Positions 50,076 through 60,712 of a stretch of 64,000 nucleotides of DNA are shown piece after piece. How positions within the stretch are numbered: the stretch's first letter is position 1; every line of letters begins with the position of its first letter. This DNA is from Alphaproteobacteria bacterium (lineage in GTDB: Bacteria; Pseudomonadota; Alphaproteobacteria; SP197). Location: contig OZ245842.1 of the NCBI GenBank assembly GCA_965228895.1, forward strand, positions 2,752,001 through 2,816,000, read 5' to 3'. Made by a program: the position numbers and the translations under genes. The notes beneath the pieces are model-generated. The model was not told the DNA's origin. It did not search any database and saw only the letters and a list, made by a program, of their open reading frames with translations.

Positions 50076-50765
50076 CTAGTCGGGGCGGAAGCCTTGCGCG
50101 ACCAAATAGATCTCGCGTGAGTCCTTGCGGCTCGCCTCCGGCTTGGCGTGGCCGACCTTCGCGAAGCGGCGCTTGATCTGGTTGAGCAGTTCGCCCTCCG
50201 TACCACCTTGGAGAACCTTGGCGACAAACGTGCCGCCCGGCGCCAGCAGGCCCTCGGCGATCGCCAGCGCGCTTTCGACCAGTCCCATGACACGCAAGTG
50301 GTCGGTCTGACGGTGACCGGTCGCCGGCGCGGCCATGTCCGAAAGCACCACATCGGCGGGCCCACCGAGCGCGTCGCGGATGGCTTTGATGCCTTCGGCC
50401 GACGTCGCGTCACCGATCAAGATTTCGGCACCGGCAATCGACTCGATCTCGTTGAGGTCGATGGCAACGACCTGGCCGCCAGGGCATCGCGCGACCGCGA
50501 CCTGGGTCCAACCGCCCGGCGCCGCGCCCAAGTCGACGACGCGGGCGTCGCGCTTCAAGAACTTGTAGCGGTCATCGAGTTGGATGAGTTTGTAAGCGGC
50601 GCGTGAGCGCCAGCCCTCGCGCTTGGCGCCCTCGACATAGGGGTCGTTCAGCTGGCGCTCGAGCCAGCGGGTCGACGACGACCGGCGCCCGCGCGCCGTC
50701 TTGACCCGTTTGGAGAGCGGCCGGCCGCCTTTTGGTTTGCCGCCGCCGCGCCGTCCACCGCTCAC
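50076..50765 (-). CDS. rlmE: 23S rRNA U2552 methyltransferase
   Basis: WLERQLNDPYV, RSRAAYKL, DLGAAPGGWTQ, VLSDMAA, KPEASRKDSREIY; GTGA overlap with ppx. Confidence 0.95.
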   Translation of the reverse strand: MSGGRRGGGKPKGGRPLSKRVKTARGRRSSSTRWLERQLNDPYVEGAKREGWRSRAAYKLIQLDDRYKFLKRDARVVDLGAAPGGWTQVAVARCPGGQVVAIDLNEIESIAGAEILIGDATSAEGIKAIRDALGGPADVVLSDMAAPATGHRQTDHLRVMGLVESALAIAEGLLAPGGTFVAKVLQGGTEGELLNQIKRRFAKVGHAKPEASRKDSREIYLVAQGFRPD

Positions 50766-51838
50766 ATGCTCTGCCCCGATGTCGCCGCGGCACCGTTGCC
50801 GCGACGCTGACCATCGGAACCCTGGCGGTCGACATCCATCATGCCGAGCAGCATACCTTCGCGCAGGCCGCGGTCCGCAACGGACAGCCGGCCGACCGGC
50901 CACATGGAATGGACGGCGTCCAGAATGGCGCAACCAGCGACCACGAGGTCGGCGCGGTCGCGTCCGACACACGGCACCTTGCACCGGGCATCGTAGTCCA
51001 TGGCGACGAGTTCCCGGGTTGCCGCGGAGAGATCGCAGAAATCGAGCGCAATGCCGTCGACCCGCTTGCGGTCATACTGCGGCAAACGCAAGTGAATGCC
51101 GGCCAAGGTCGTCACGGTGCCCGACGTGCCAATCATCTGTACATCGCCACCGGCCATCAGATTGCCAAACCCATTCTCTGTCTCGAATGGGCAGAGGTGA
51201 TCGCTGACCTCCTCGATCATGTCGCTATAGATCTTTTCGTCGACGCTGTGGCCACCATGGGTCTCGGCCAGGGTGACGACCCCGCAGGGGACCGATTTCC
51301 AAGCCGTGACCTCGACCCTTCCGTCCGGCTCGACCGAGAGCCAGGAGATCTCTGTCGAGCCGCCGCCGATATCCAGGATAACGACGTGGCGCGCCCACGA
51401 CTCAATCAGCGGCTGGCAACCGACGATGGCGAGTTGAACCTCTTCATCCGGCGTGATGACTTCCAGCCCGATGCCGGTCTCGCGCGACACCCGCTCCAGG
51501 AAACCGTCGCCGTTGGCGGCGCGCCGGCAAGCCTCGGTCGCGACACAACGCGCCCGGCTGACACCGCGGCGGCGCATTTTGCCGGCGCAAACGTGAAGCG
51601 CTTCGATGGTGCGGTCGATGGCATCGTCGGACAGCCGGCCGCTGGCGTGCACGCCCTCGCCCAGGCGCACGATGCGCGAAAACGCATCGATGACGCGGAA
51701 ACCCTCGCGCGTCGGCCGCGCGACGAGCAACCTGCAGTTGTTCGTGCCCAGGTCAATCGCGGCGTAGGTCGTCGGCTGGCGTCGTCTTGGTTGCCTGCGT
51801 GGCCCCCTGCCGCGTCCATTGGTCCCAGAACCCACCAC
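50762..51838 (-). CDS. Ppx/GppA phosphatase family protein
   Basis: AAIDLGTNNCRL, ATEACR, DIGGGSTE, GTSGT, GLREG. Confidence 0.92.
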   Translation of the reverse strand: MVGSGTNGRGRGPRRQPRRRQPTTYAAIDLGTNNCRLLVARPTREGFRVIDAFSRIVRLGEGVHASGRLSDDAIDRTIEALHVCAGKMRRRGVSRARCVATEACRRAANGDGFLERVSRETGIGLEVITPDEEVQLAIVGCQPLIESWARHVVILDIGGGSTEISWLSVEPDGRVEVTAWKSVPCGVVTLAETHGGHSVDEKIYSDMIEEVSDHLCPFETENGFGNLMAGGDVQMIGTSGTVTTLAGIHLRLPQYDRKRVDGIALDFCDLSAATRELVAMDYDARCKVPCVGRDRADLVVAGCAILDAVHSMWPVGRLSVADRGLREGMLLGMMDVDRQGSDGQRRGNGAAATSGQSM

Positions 51839-52143
51839 GTAACTCCGCCTCCCTCAGGCGCCACGGCGCTTATGCGCTCATCCCCCTGTCTAACCCGAAA
51901 TCGCGGCGCAGGAAACTCCACAGATGAACACAGGTCCGGCGCAAAAACGGCAGCGATTCCGCTGGGGATTCCAAGAAATCCCGCAACGTCACCGCCTTAG
52001 CAACGTGTCATACCACGGCCAACGTGTCTGAAATTGGGCGCTCCGGCCGCCCTTAAGAAATTCCGCGAGACTGTGTCTTCGCAACCCAGGGCTGAAGTCC
52101 CGGAACCCCGCCGAACCGCACCGCTCGGCCGCGGCGACGCCGG

Positions 52144-52172
52144 TTGACAGCCGCAAGGCGCATCGGCATAAG
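52144..52172 (+). promoter_or_regulatory. Putative sigma70 promoter of tRNA-Gln
   Basis: TTGACA-17 nt-CATAAG. Confidence 0.5.
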
Positions 52173-52207
52173 GCGCTGATACCGGCTGCGCCATGACGCA
52201 CCCCTGC

Positions 52208-52281
52208 TGGGGGATAGTTTAACGGTAGAACCTTCGGCTCTGACCCGAATAGTCCTGGTTCGAATCCAGGTCCCCCAGCCA
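52208..52281 (+). tRNA. tRNA-Gln(CTG)
   Basis: Acceptor stem TGGGGGA/TCCCCCA, anticodon arm TTCGG-ctCTGac-CCGAA, T-arm CCTGG-TTCGAAT-CCAGG, encoded CCA. Confidence 0.96.
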
Positions 52282-52469
52282 ACTCCTTAAACTTTTAAAA
52301 TCAAGATGTTCGACACACCTCCTAAGGTGTTGTCTAGGTTGTTTCAGGGCGGACTGCAGCCCGCCTGCCCCGTCGGCGCGACCGTGTGGCATCCCCGGAT
52401 TGCCTTGCCAACACGTCGGCAACGCAAGACACTTGTAAATTCTCGAAACATGCTGTCGGGGGGTTCACT

Positions 52470-53612
52470 ATGAGTAAGGTCATGAGTCTCGACGAGTACA
52501 AGGATGCGCTTGCCAAAAAGGCGCTGAGCCGTCGCGATGTTACCAAGGTCCTGGCCTCGGTCGGTGTCGCGACGGTATCGATGCCGGTCCTGCACAAGCC
52601 GGCGCTGGCCGAAGACGGCTGGCTCTATCTGTTCACCTGGAACGGGTATGAGTTGCCGGAGCTGCATCCGGCTTTCACGGAAAAGTACGGCCGCGAGCCG
52701 GATTTCTCGTTCTATGCCGATAACGACGAAGCGCTGGAGAAGATCCGCGCAGGCTTCGACGCGGACATCGTTTGCCCAAGCAGCAGTACGGTCATCCGCT
52801 GGATCCATGCCGGTCTGATCGAGCCCATCGATGTCTCCAGGCTCTCCAATTGGCCAAACCTGTTTCCGCAGCTGCAGCAGATCCGCGGCACCTTCGACGA
52901 CGACGGCAACCACTATTACGCGCCGTGGTCGTGGGGCAATTCGTCGATCGTCTTCCGGACCGACCTGGCGCCGGAATATGCCGGGCAGGAAAACCACACC
53001 TGGAAGATCCTGTGGGATCCCAAATACGCCGGCCGGGTCGCCATGCGCGACAACTGGGCCGGCACGACCATACCGGCCGGCTTGATCGCCGGTGTCGAGG
53101 ACCCCTTCGCCATGACCGACGACGAAATCGCCGACGTCCGCCGGCTGCTGCAGGAGCAACGCGAACTCAACAAGTTCTATTGGTCGAGCGAAACGGAAGC
53201 GCAGACCGCCATCGCCACCGGCGAGCTTGTCGCCATGTACGCATGGAACTCGGCCTATGCCCAGTTGAAGGAAGAAGGCGTGCCCGTCGAATACATGGTG
53301 CCGAAGGAAGGGTTGCTGACCTGGGTCGACGGCCATGTCATGACCAACACCTACATCGGTACGGAAGAGCAGCGTTACGACTATCTCGACGCCACCCTGT
53401 CGCCGGAAACCGGTGTCTTCATGATCGAAGAATACGCCTATGGGGCGGCCAACACGATCTCCTACGACCTCGCCGATCCCGAGGTTCTCGCATCATTGGG
53501 CCAGACCGACCCGGAGGCCATCCTGGCCGGCAGCCTGTGGTACGAGACCGTGCCGCCGGACATTCAGCGCAAGCTCGTCAACCTGCATGACGAGGTCATG
53601 GCCGGCATGTAG
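52470..53612 (+). CDS. PotD/PotF-family ABC substrate-binding protein, TAT-exported
   Basis: LSRRDVTK, FTWNGYE, LWDPKYAGR, PKEG; paralog of 48810-49955. Confidence 0.85.
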   Translation: MSKVMSLDEYKDALAKKALSRRDVTKVLASVGVATVSMPVLHKPALAEDGWLYLFTWNGYELPELHPAFTEKYGREPDFSFYADNDEALEKIRAGFDADIVCPSSSTVIRWIHAGLIEPIDVSRLSNWPNLFPQLQQIRGTFDDDGNHYYAPWSWGNSSIVFRTDLAPEYAGQENHTWKILWDPKYAGRVAMRDNWAGTTIPAGLIAGVEDPFAMTDDEIADVRRLLQEQRELNKFYWSSETEAQTAIATGELVAMYAWNSAYAQLKEEGVPVEYMVPKEGLLTWVDGHVMTNTYIGTEEQRYDYLDATLSPETGVFMIEEYAYGAANTISYDLADPEVLASLGQTDPEAILAGSLWYETVPPDIQRKLVNLHDEVMAGM

Positions 53613-53632
53613 TTTTCCGGCATACCCTGAAG

Positions 53633-53670
53633 ACGGGGGCGGTTGGATGTGATCCGACCGCCCCGTTTCT
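53633..53670 (+). terminator. Terminator or mRNA-stabilising hairpin
   Basis: ACGGGGGCGGTTGGA...TCCGACCGCCCCGT followed by TTCT. Confidence 0.65.
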
Positions 53671-53683
53671 AGAGGCATAAGCG

Positions 53684-54439
53684 ATGACAGGAGAACTTGA
53701 AGGCAAGGTCGCGCTGGTTACCGGATCGGGACGCGGCATGGGGTTGGTCGATGCCGAGTTGATGGCCGGTGAAGGCGCGGCCATCATTCTCCATGATATC
53801 GATGCCGGGCTGGTTAAGCAGGCGGCCGGTCAGCTTCGCGCCGGTGGCGCCGACGTCTTTACCATTGTCTCCGACATCGCCGACATCGCCGCGACACGCA
53901 CGGCGATCGCCAAGGCCGAAGACCACTTCGGACGCATCGATATCCTGGTCAACAACGCGGGCAACGCGGTCGGCGGCGGCTTGGAAGACCTCGACGAAGA
54001 CGCTTATGACGCCGTCATGAACGTCCACGTCAAGGGCACGTTCTTCGCGACACAGGCTGTGGTGCCCGGCATGCAGCGGCGCGGCGAAGGGGCTATCGTC
54101 AACATCTCGTCGATCTGGGGCATGACGGGCTACGAGCATTCGTCAAACTACTGCGCGGCCAAGGCTGCCCTGCTCGGCTTCACCAAATCCTGGGCCAAGG
54201 AACTGGCGCCCTGGAACATCCGCGTCAACGCGGTCGCGCCCGGTTGCGTGCTGACCGAGATGACGATCCACAAAGGACAGGACTATCTCGACGAGCGCGC
54301 CAAGCTGATCCCGCTCGGCCGCTGGGCCGAGCCCAAGGAAATGTGCGAGGCCGTCATGTTCCTGGCCTCACCACGGGCCAGCTACATCACGGGGCAAGTC
54401 ATCAGCCCCAACGGTGGCGATACGATCGTCGGGATCTAA
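53684..54439 (+). CDS. SDR oxidoreductase (FabG-like)
   Basis: TGSGRGMG, NNAG, YCAAK, NAVAPG. Confidence 0.9.
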   Translation: MTGELEGKVALVTGSGRGMGLVDAELMAGEGAAIILHDIDAGLVKQAAGQLRAGGADVFTIVSDIADIAATRTAIAKAEDHFGRIDILVNNAGNAVGGGLEDLDEDAYDAVMNVHVKGTFFATQAVVPGMQRRGEGAIVNISSIWGMTGYEHSSNYCAAKAALLGFTKSWAKELAPWNIRVNAVAPGCVLTEMTIHKGQDYLDERAKLIPLGRWAEPKEMCEAVMFLASPRASYITGQVISPNGGDTIVGI

Positions 54440-54445
54440 CGTGCC

Positions 54446-56482
54446 TTAGAACGTGATCTGCAGACCGGCCTGCCCGGCGATGGTGCGGCCGCTGTTGCTC
54501 TCCGCCGTCGCCTCGACGCGGCCGAACAGCGAAACGCCGTCATCGATCAGCGCCGACAACTCAACGCCCGCAAGCGCCGCGCCGACACTGTCCTCGCCGC
54601 CCGCATCGAAGTTGATCGACTGGCCCAGCAACACCGCATCGACATTGCTGTTGTCGAGACGCGTGCGGCCCTCGACGCCCGCATAGGGCGCGAAATAGAC
54701 GCTGTCCGCGTATTGCGGGATACGCACCGGCACCGTCACCTGGAACCGTCCGGTCAGCAGGTGAATGAACCGGTCGTCCACCGTCATGCCGCTCGAGGAG
54801 CCCGTCTCCGTATAGCTGTCCAAATGCGTGCCGGCATAGCCCACCTGCACGCTCGGGATCACCTCCTGGCCGTTGATCGACGCCGTGTGCGCCACCGACA
54901 GTTCCGGCGCAATGAAGTAGCCGTCGTAATCCGCCGACGCCGTCTCCATGCCGCCAGGCACCGTGTTGTTGGCGACGTTGCGGGTCAACTCATAGCGGCT
55001 CCAGCCGCCGGTCACCACGAGGTCGATCGCCCAGGGGCCGGATGCATAGCCGCCATAGGCGCCAATGAAAGCGCTCGAGATATCCTCGTCTTGGGAATCG
55101 AACTTTACGTCCAGTTCGCCATAGGAGCCGCCCAGGAACAGACCGGCGCGCGTCTCGTCGCCGACCGGCGTATCGACACCGGCGATAACGCCGCCCAGAT
55201 AGTGATCGGCGCCGATCGCCGGCGACGTGTCGCGCTGCTCGCGCGCCAATCCGAACACCTCGACCCACGCCTCGGTGCCCCACCCCATACCCATGGATGA
55301 CGCGAACGCCAGGGGGTCGTCGCCCTCAAGCGACGCCACCGCCTGGCCCGTCGAGCCGCCGAGCCGCTCGCTGCGCAGGCGCGAGAAGACGCTGCCGGAG
55401 ACCGAGTTGGTCAGGTCGAAGATGATGTCATCGGCCATGGCCAAGGCCGTCGGATCGACCACCGCGACCTGCAAGCCGTTCACCGCGAACGGCGCGCCGT
55501 TGGCAACGACGAACGGTGCGCTACCGGTGAACGTGTTGTTGACGTTCAGACCGTTCGTAACATCCAGCGTGTTGCCAGCCGCAAAGTTGAGTGGCCCCTG
55601 AATGTTCGAACCTGGGAACAGGCGCAGCGTGTTGCCGCCGCCCGTGAACAGCACGGCGGCCGATCCCACGCCAGTCGCACTGAGTTGACCACTGTTGTTG
55701 ACCGTGTTGTTCGTCGCACCTTGGACGCTATGGGCAATCAGACCCGACGTCGAGATCGTTCCGGCGTTCGTGATCGTGCTGTTGTTGGTGACCAAAACAC
55801 CATGTGCGGCACCACCCTGGGTTACGATATTGCCGCTGTTGTTCACTGTCGTGCCGGTGCCAGCGGAGATGCCAATGGCGTTAAGGCCCAGTGTCGAGAT
55901 CGTCCCGCTGTTGCCAATGTTGTTGTTGTTGATGGCTAGGATACCAATCGCGCCTATGCCGGTTGTCGAGATCGTGCCGGAATTGCCGATCGTGTTGTTG
56001 TTCAGTGCGTTGATGCCATGTGCGATACCGCCCAACGTCGTGATAGTGCCACTGTTGAAGATCGTGTTGTTGCTGACAACCGTGATGCCGTGCGCGCCGC
56101 CGCCCAACGTCGAGATCGTGCCGGAGTTACCGATGGTGTTGCCGTTGACGCCCACGATGCCGAAGGCTGCCCCCAAACCGAACGTCGAGATCGTGCCCGT
56201 GTTGTTGATCGTATTGTTGTTGACGACGAGGATGCCGACATCGGCGACGCCGAGGGTGGTGATCTGCCCCTCGTTGTTGATCGTGTTCCGATCGACACCG
56301 GCAATGCCCGTACCGCCGGTCAAGATCCGGCCGCCAGGCTTCACGACGCCGGTCTGCCCGTTGGTCAGGAACTGGGTAAAGAAGACCGTCTGACCGTTGT
56401 CGACGACAAAGTCCGCATGAGCGCCCGCCACGCCAACCATCGTGGCTGCGGCAACCGCCGCGCCCTTCAACCAACACCGCAT
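54446..56482 (-). CDS. Autotransporter with repetitive beta-helical passenger
   Basis: Sec signal (..AGAHA-DF), G/N/T/I-rich repeats, beta-barrel with SYTETG, C-terminal GLQITF. Confidence 0.88.
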   Translation of the reverse strand: MRCWLKGAAVAAATMVGVAGAHADFVVDNGQTVFFTQFLTNGQTGVVKPGGRILTGGTGIAGVDRNTINNEGQITTLGVADVGILVVNNNTINNTGTISTFGLGAAFGIVGVNGNTIGNSGTISTLGGGAHGITVVSNNTIFNSGTITTLGGIAHGINALNNNTIGNSGTISTTGIGAIGILAINNNNIGNSGTISTLGLNAIGISAGTGTTVNNSGNIVTQGGAAHGVLVTNNSTITNAGTISTSGLIAHSVQGATNNTVNNSGQLSATGVGSAAVLFTGGGNTLRLFPGSNIQGPLNFAAGNTLDVTNGLNVNNTFTGSAPFVVANGAPFAVNGLQVAVVDPTALAMADDIIFDLTNSVSGSVFSRLRSERLGGSTGQAVASLEGDDPLAFASSMGMGWGTEAWVEVFGLAREQRDTSPAIGADHYLGGVIAGVDTPVGDETRAGLFLGGSYGELDVKFDSQDEDISSAFIGAYGGYASGPWAIDLVVTGGWSRYELTRNVANNTVPGGMETASADYDGYFIAPELSVAHTASINGQEVIPSVQVGYAGTHLDSYTETGSSSGMTVDDRFIHLLTGRFQVTVPVRIPQYADSVYFAPYAGVEGRTRLDNSNVDAVLLGQSINFDAGGEDSVGAALAGVELSALIDDGVSLFGRVEATAESNSGRTIAGQAGLQITF
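55670..56300 (-). repeat. About 9 degenerate ~72-nt (24 aa) in-frame repeats, consensus NTIxNSGTISTxG..AxGI
   Basis: Counted in the translation, from NTINNEGQITTLG to NTVNNSGQLSATG. Confidence 0.8.
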
Positions 56483-56582
56483 TGTTGAGATCCCCTCACC
56501 CGCAATTGATGGAGTTGAGTTTAGTACAGCTTCCAACAACTGTCCAAGAATTCAGTTATTACAATTGCTTATCGCAGATTCT

Positions 56583-58475
<1,893 letters not shown>

Positions 58476-58539
58476 ACCCCGGTTTAACGTCCCCGCTGTA
58501 TTTCCCCAACCGCCAATCCGGCAGAACCTCTGGATAAAA

Positions 58540-59892
58540 TCAGATCAACCCGTCCTCGCGCACGGCCAGAAGCGAATCCTGGAACGCCGTTGCCACCTTA
58601 TCGATCTGCTCAGGCGTATGGGCGGCCGAGGTAAAGAACAGGTGGATGCCCGGCAGGATGACGCCGTTGTTAAGGAGGTGGACGTCGAACTCCTGCTGGG
58701 CCGCGTGGTTCTCGTCGCCGAGGTCGCGTGAGCTTTCGATGCCGCGCTTGAAGTGCATATAGAAGATCGAGCCGGCGTTCATCAGCGTGGCGGCGATCTG
58801 GCGTTCCTCGCAGAACGTGTTGACCGCGGCTGCCAGCCGGTCGCCCTCGCTGTTGAGCGCCGGGAACAACGTCTCCTTGTTCTCCTTCATGTGCGCGATG
58901 GTCGCGACGCCGCCGGCCATGGTCAGCGGGTTGCCGGAGAAGGTGCCGCCCATGAACACACCCTTGGGGTCGCCCCAGGGTCTGCCGAGCAGGTCCATGA
59001 CCTCGGCCCGGCCGGAGAGCGCGCCGACCGGCAGGCCGCCGGCAAGCGCCTTGCCCCAGGTGATGAGATCGCCGGTGACGCCGAAATACTCCATGCCGCC
59101 GCCGAAGCCGAGGCGGAAGCCGGTGACGACCTCGTCGAGCAGCAGCAGGACATCGCTTTCGCGGCAGACCTCGGCCAGCCCTTTCAGCCAAGGCCCGACA
59201 TCATCGCGCGGCACCGTATTCTGCACCGGCTGCACCATGACGAGCGCCAACTCGTCCTTGTGGGCGCGGATCAGCTCGAACGCCTTGGGGTCGGCATAGG
59301 GCAGCATCATCATGGTGTCGTCGCGGATGGTCTCGGGAACGCCGGTGCCCATCAGTTTCGGTCCGGGTTCCGAGCGCGGGCTCTCCGGATCGGCCTTGAC
59401 CAGGGCGTAGTCGTGGGCGCCGTGGTAACAGCCGTCGAACACGGCGACCCGGTTCTTGCCGGAATAGCCGCGCGCGGCACGCATGCCGTACATGGTGGCT
59501 TCGGTGCCGGAATTGCAGAAGATCGTCCGTTCGGCGCCCGGTGCTGCATCGGCAATCAAATGGGCGAGCTCTTCCTGGCGCTCGTTGTGCAGCCCAAAAT
59601 GCCAGCCGCGCGTGAGCTGGTCATGCAACGCGTCCTCGACCACCTTCGGGCGATGGCCGAGCACATGAGGTCCGAACCCCATGGTGAGGTCGATGTATTC
59701 GTTGCCGTCGACATCGGTCATGGTCGCGCCTTCCGACGAGCGGATATAGATCGGCGTCGGCATCTGGAAGGTCGGCACCACCTCGATCGGCAGCACGTCG
59801 GCGCTTTTTTCGTGCACCTCACGGGACTTGGGCGTGCGGTCGGCCAGGGACTGGCGGGCCCGGGCGCCCGCGTTATCGGCAGATACGGTCAT
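58540..59892 (-). CDS. Class-III PLP aminotransferase (glutamate-1-semialdehyde aminomutase-like)
   Basis: DVDGNEYID, NSGTEA, GCYHG, DEVVTGFR, WGKALAGGLP, GTFSGNP; lacks the HemL GGVNSPVR motif. Confidence 0.88.
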   Translation of the reverse strand: MTVSADNAGARARQSLADRTPKSREVHEKSADVLPIEVVPTFQMPTPIYIRSSEGATMTDVDGNEYIDLTMGFGPHVLGHRPKVVEDALHDQLTRGWHFGLHNERQEELAHLIADAAPGAERTIFCNSGTEATMYGMRAARGYSGKNRVAVFDGCYHGAHDYALVKADPESPRSEPGPKLMGTGVPETIRDDTMMMLPYADPKAFELIRAHKDELALVMVQPVQNTVPRDDVGPWLKGLAEVCRESDVLLLLDEVVTGFRLGFGGGMEYFGVTGDLITWGKALAGGLPVGALSGRAEVMDLLGRPWGDPKGVFMGGTFSGNPLTMAGGVATIAHMKENKETLFPALNSEGDRLAAAVNTFCEERQIAATLMNAGSIFYMHFKRGIESSRDLGDENHAAQQEFDVHLLNNGVILPGIHLFFTSAAHTPEQIDKVATAFQDSLLAVREDGLI

Positions 59893-60013
59893 CGTTTTTT
59901 CTCCTCAACGATGCGGCGCACGCGGAGCCTAGCACAGCGCTGGGCGGTTCGCTTCGTCTTCCTGGGATCGCCGTTGTAGAGTTGATTGATCGATATGCGA
60001 GGGGAACGCGACC

Positions 60014-60712
60014 ATGCTGCTGACACCGACCGAGATGGAACGGCTGACCATCTTCACCGCCGCCGAACTGGCTCGCCGGCGCCGCGGGCGCGGCCAGAAA
60101 CTGAACCATCCCGAGGCGGTCGCCATTATCGCCGACGAACTGATGGAAGCCGCGCGCGACGGCCACACGCTGGCCGAGGTCATGACGTTGGGTACGACGC
60201 TGTTGACGACCGACGACGTGCTGCCCGGCGTCGCAGGTCTGATGTCGCTCCTGACCCTCGAAGGCCAGTTCCCGGACGGCCCGAAGATGATCACCATCCA
60301 CAACCCCGTGCGGCCAGGCAAAGAGGCAACGAGCGAGGCGACCCAGCCCGGCGAGGTGCTGACCGCCGACGGCGACATCGAACTGAACGCCGGGCGCGAG
60401 CGCGTCACCCTGACCGTGTTGAACACCGGCGACCGGCCGGTGCAAGTCGCCAGCCACTATCATTTCTTTGAGGCGAACAAGGCGCTTGAGTTCGACCGCG
60501 CCGCTGCGTTCGGCAAACGGCTCGACGTCCTGGCCGGCGCCGCCGCGCGCTTCGAGCCCGGCGAATCGAAAGACGTCAACCTGGTCGCCATCGGCGGCAC
60601 CGGCGAGGTCAGCGGGCTGAACAACCTGACTGAAGGACAGATCGCCGATCCCGCCGTCAAGCAGGTGGCGCTCGCGCGCGCCAAGGCACGCGATTATCGG
60701 GGCGCTGAATAA
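60014..60712 (+). CDS. ureAB: Fused urease gamma-beta subunit (divergent)
   Basis: KLNHPEA..EAARDG..FPDG (gamma) fused to [24 protein letters not shown] (beta). Confidence 0.9.
   Translation: MLLTPTEMERLTIFTAAELARRRRGRGQKLNHPEAVAIIADELMEAARDGHTLAEVMTLGTTLLTTDDVLPGVAGLMSLLTLEGQFPDGPKMITIHNPVRPGKEATSEATQPGEVLTADGDIELNAGRERVTLTVLNTGDRPVQVASHYHFFEANKALEFDRAAAFGKRLDVLAGAAARFEPGESKDVNLVAIGGTGEVSGLNNLTEGQIADPAVKQVALARAKARDYRGAE

Noticed and set aside
50732-52000. Long antisense ORFs (e.g. 50732-52000, 1624-2826, 15027-16151, 44996-46198, 58753-59979)
   Set aside because: They are shadow frames opposite well-supported genes, expected from high-GC codon bias, and carry no recognisable motifs.
52282-52340. 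Active prophage or ICE attachment site
   Set aside because: No integrase, phage genes or duplicated tRNA 3' end was found in the window.
55670-56300. CRISPR or DGR-type repeats (recurring GTCGAGATCGTGCC)
   Set aside because: These are coding repeats of the autotransporter passenger. No reverse transcriptase or adenine-specific variant pair was seen.
58540-59892. hemL
   Set aside because: The fold family matches, but the HemL N-terminal GGVNSPVR signature is absent, so no gene symbol was assigned.
59893-60013. Guanidine or nickel riboswitch ahead of the urease-like operon
   Set aside because: The region is short and shared with a divergent gene, and no recognisable riboswitch motif was seen by eye. 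An Rfam scan would settle it.
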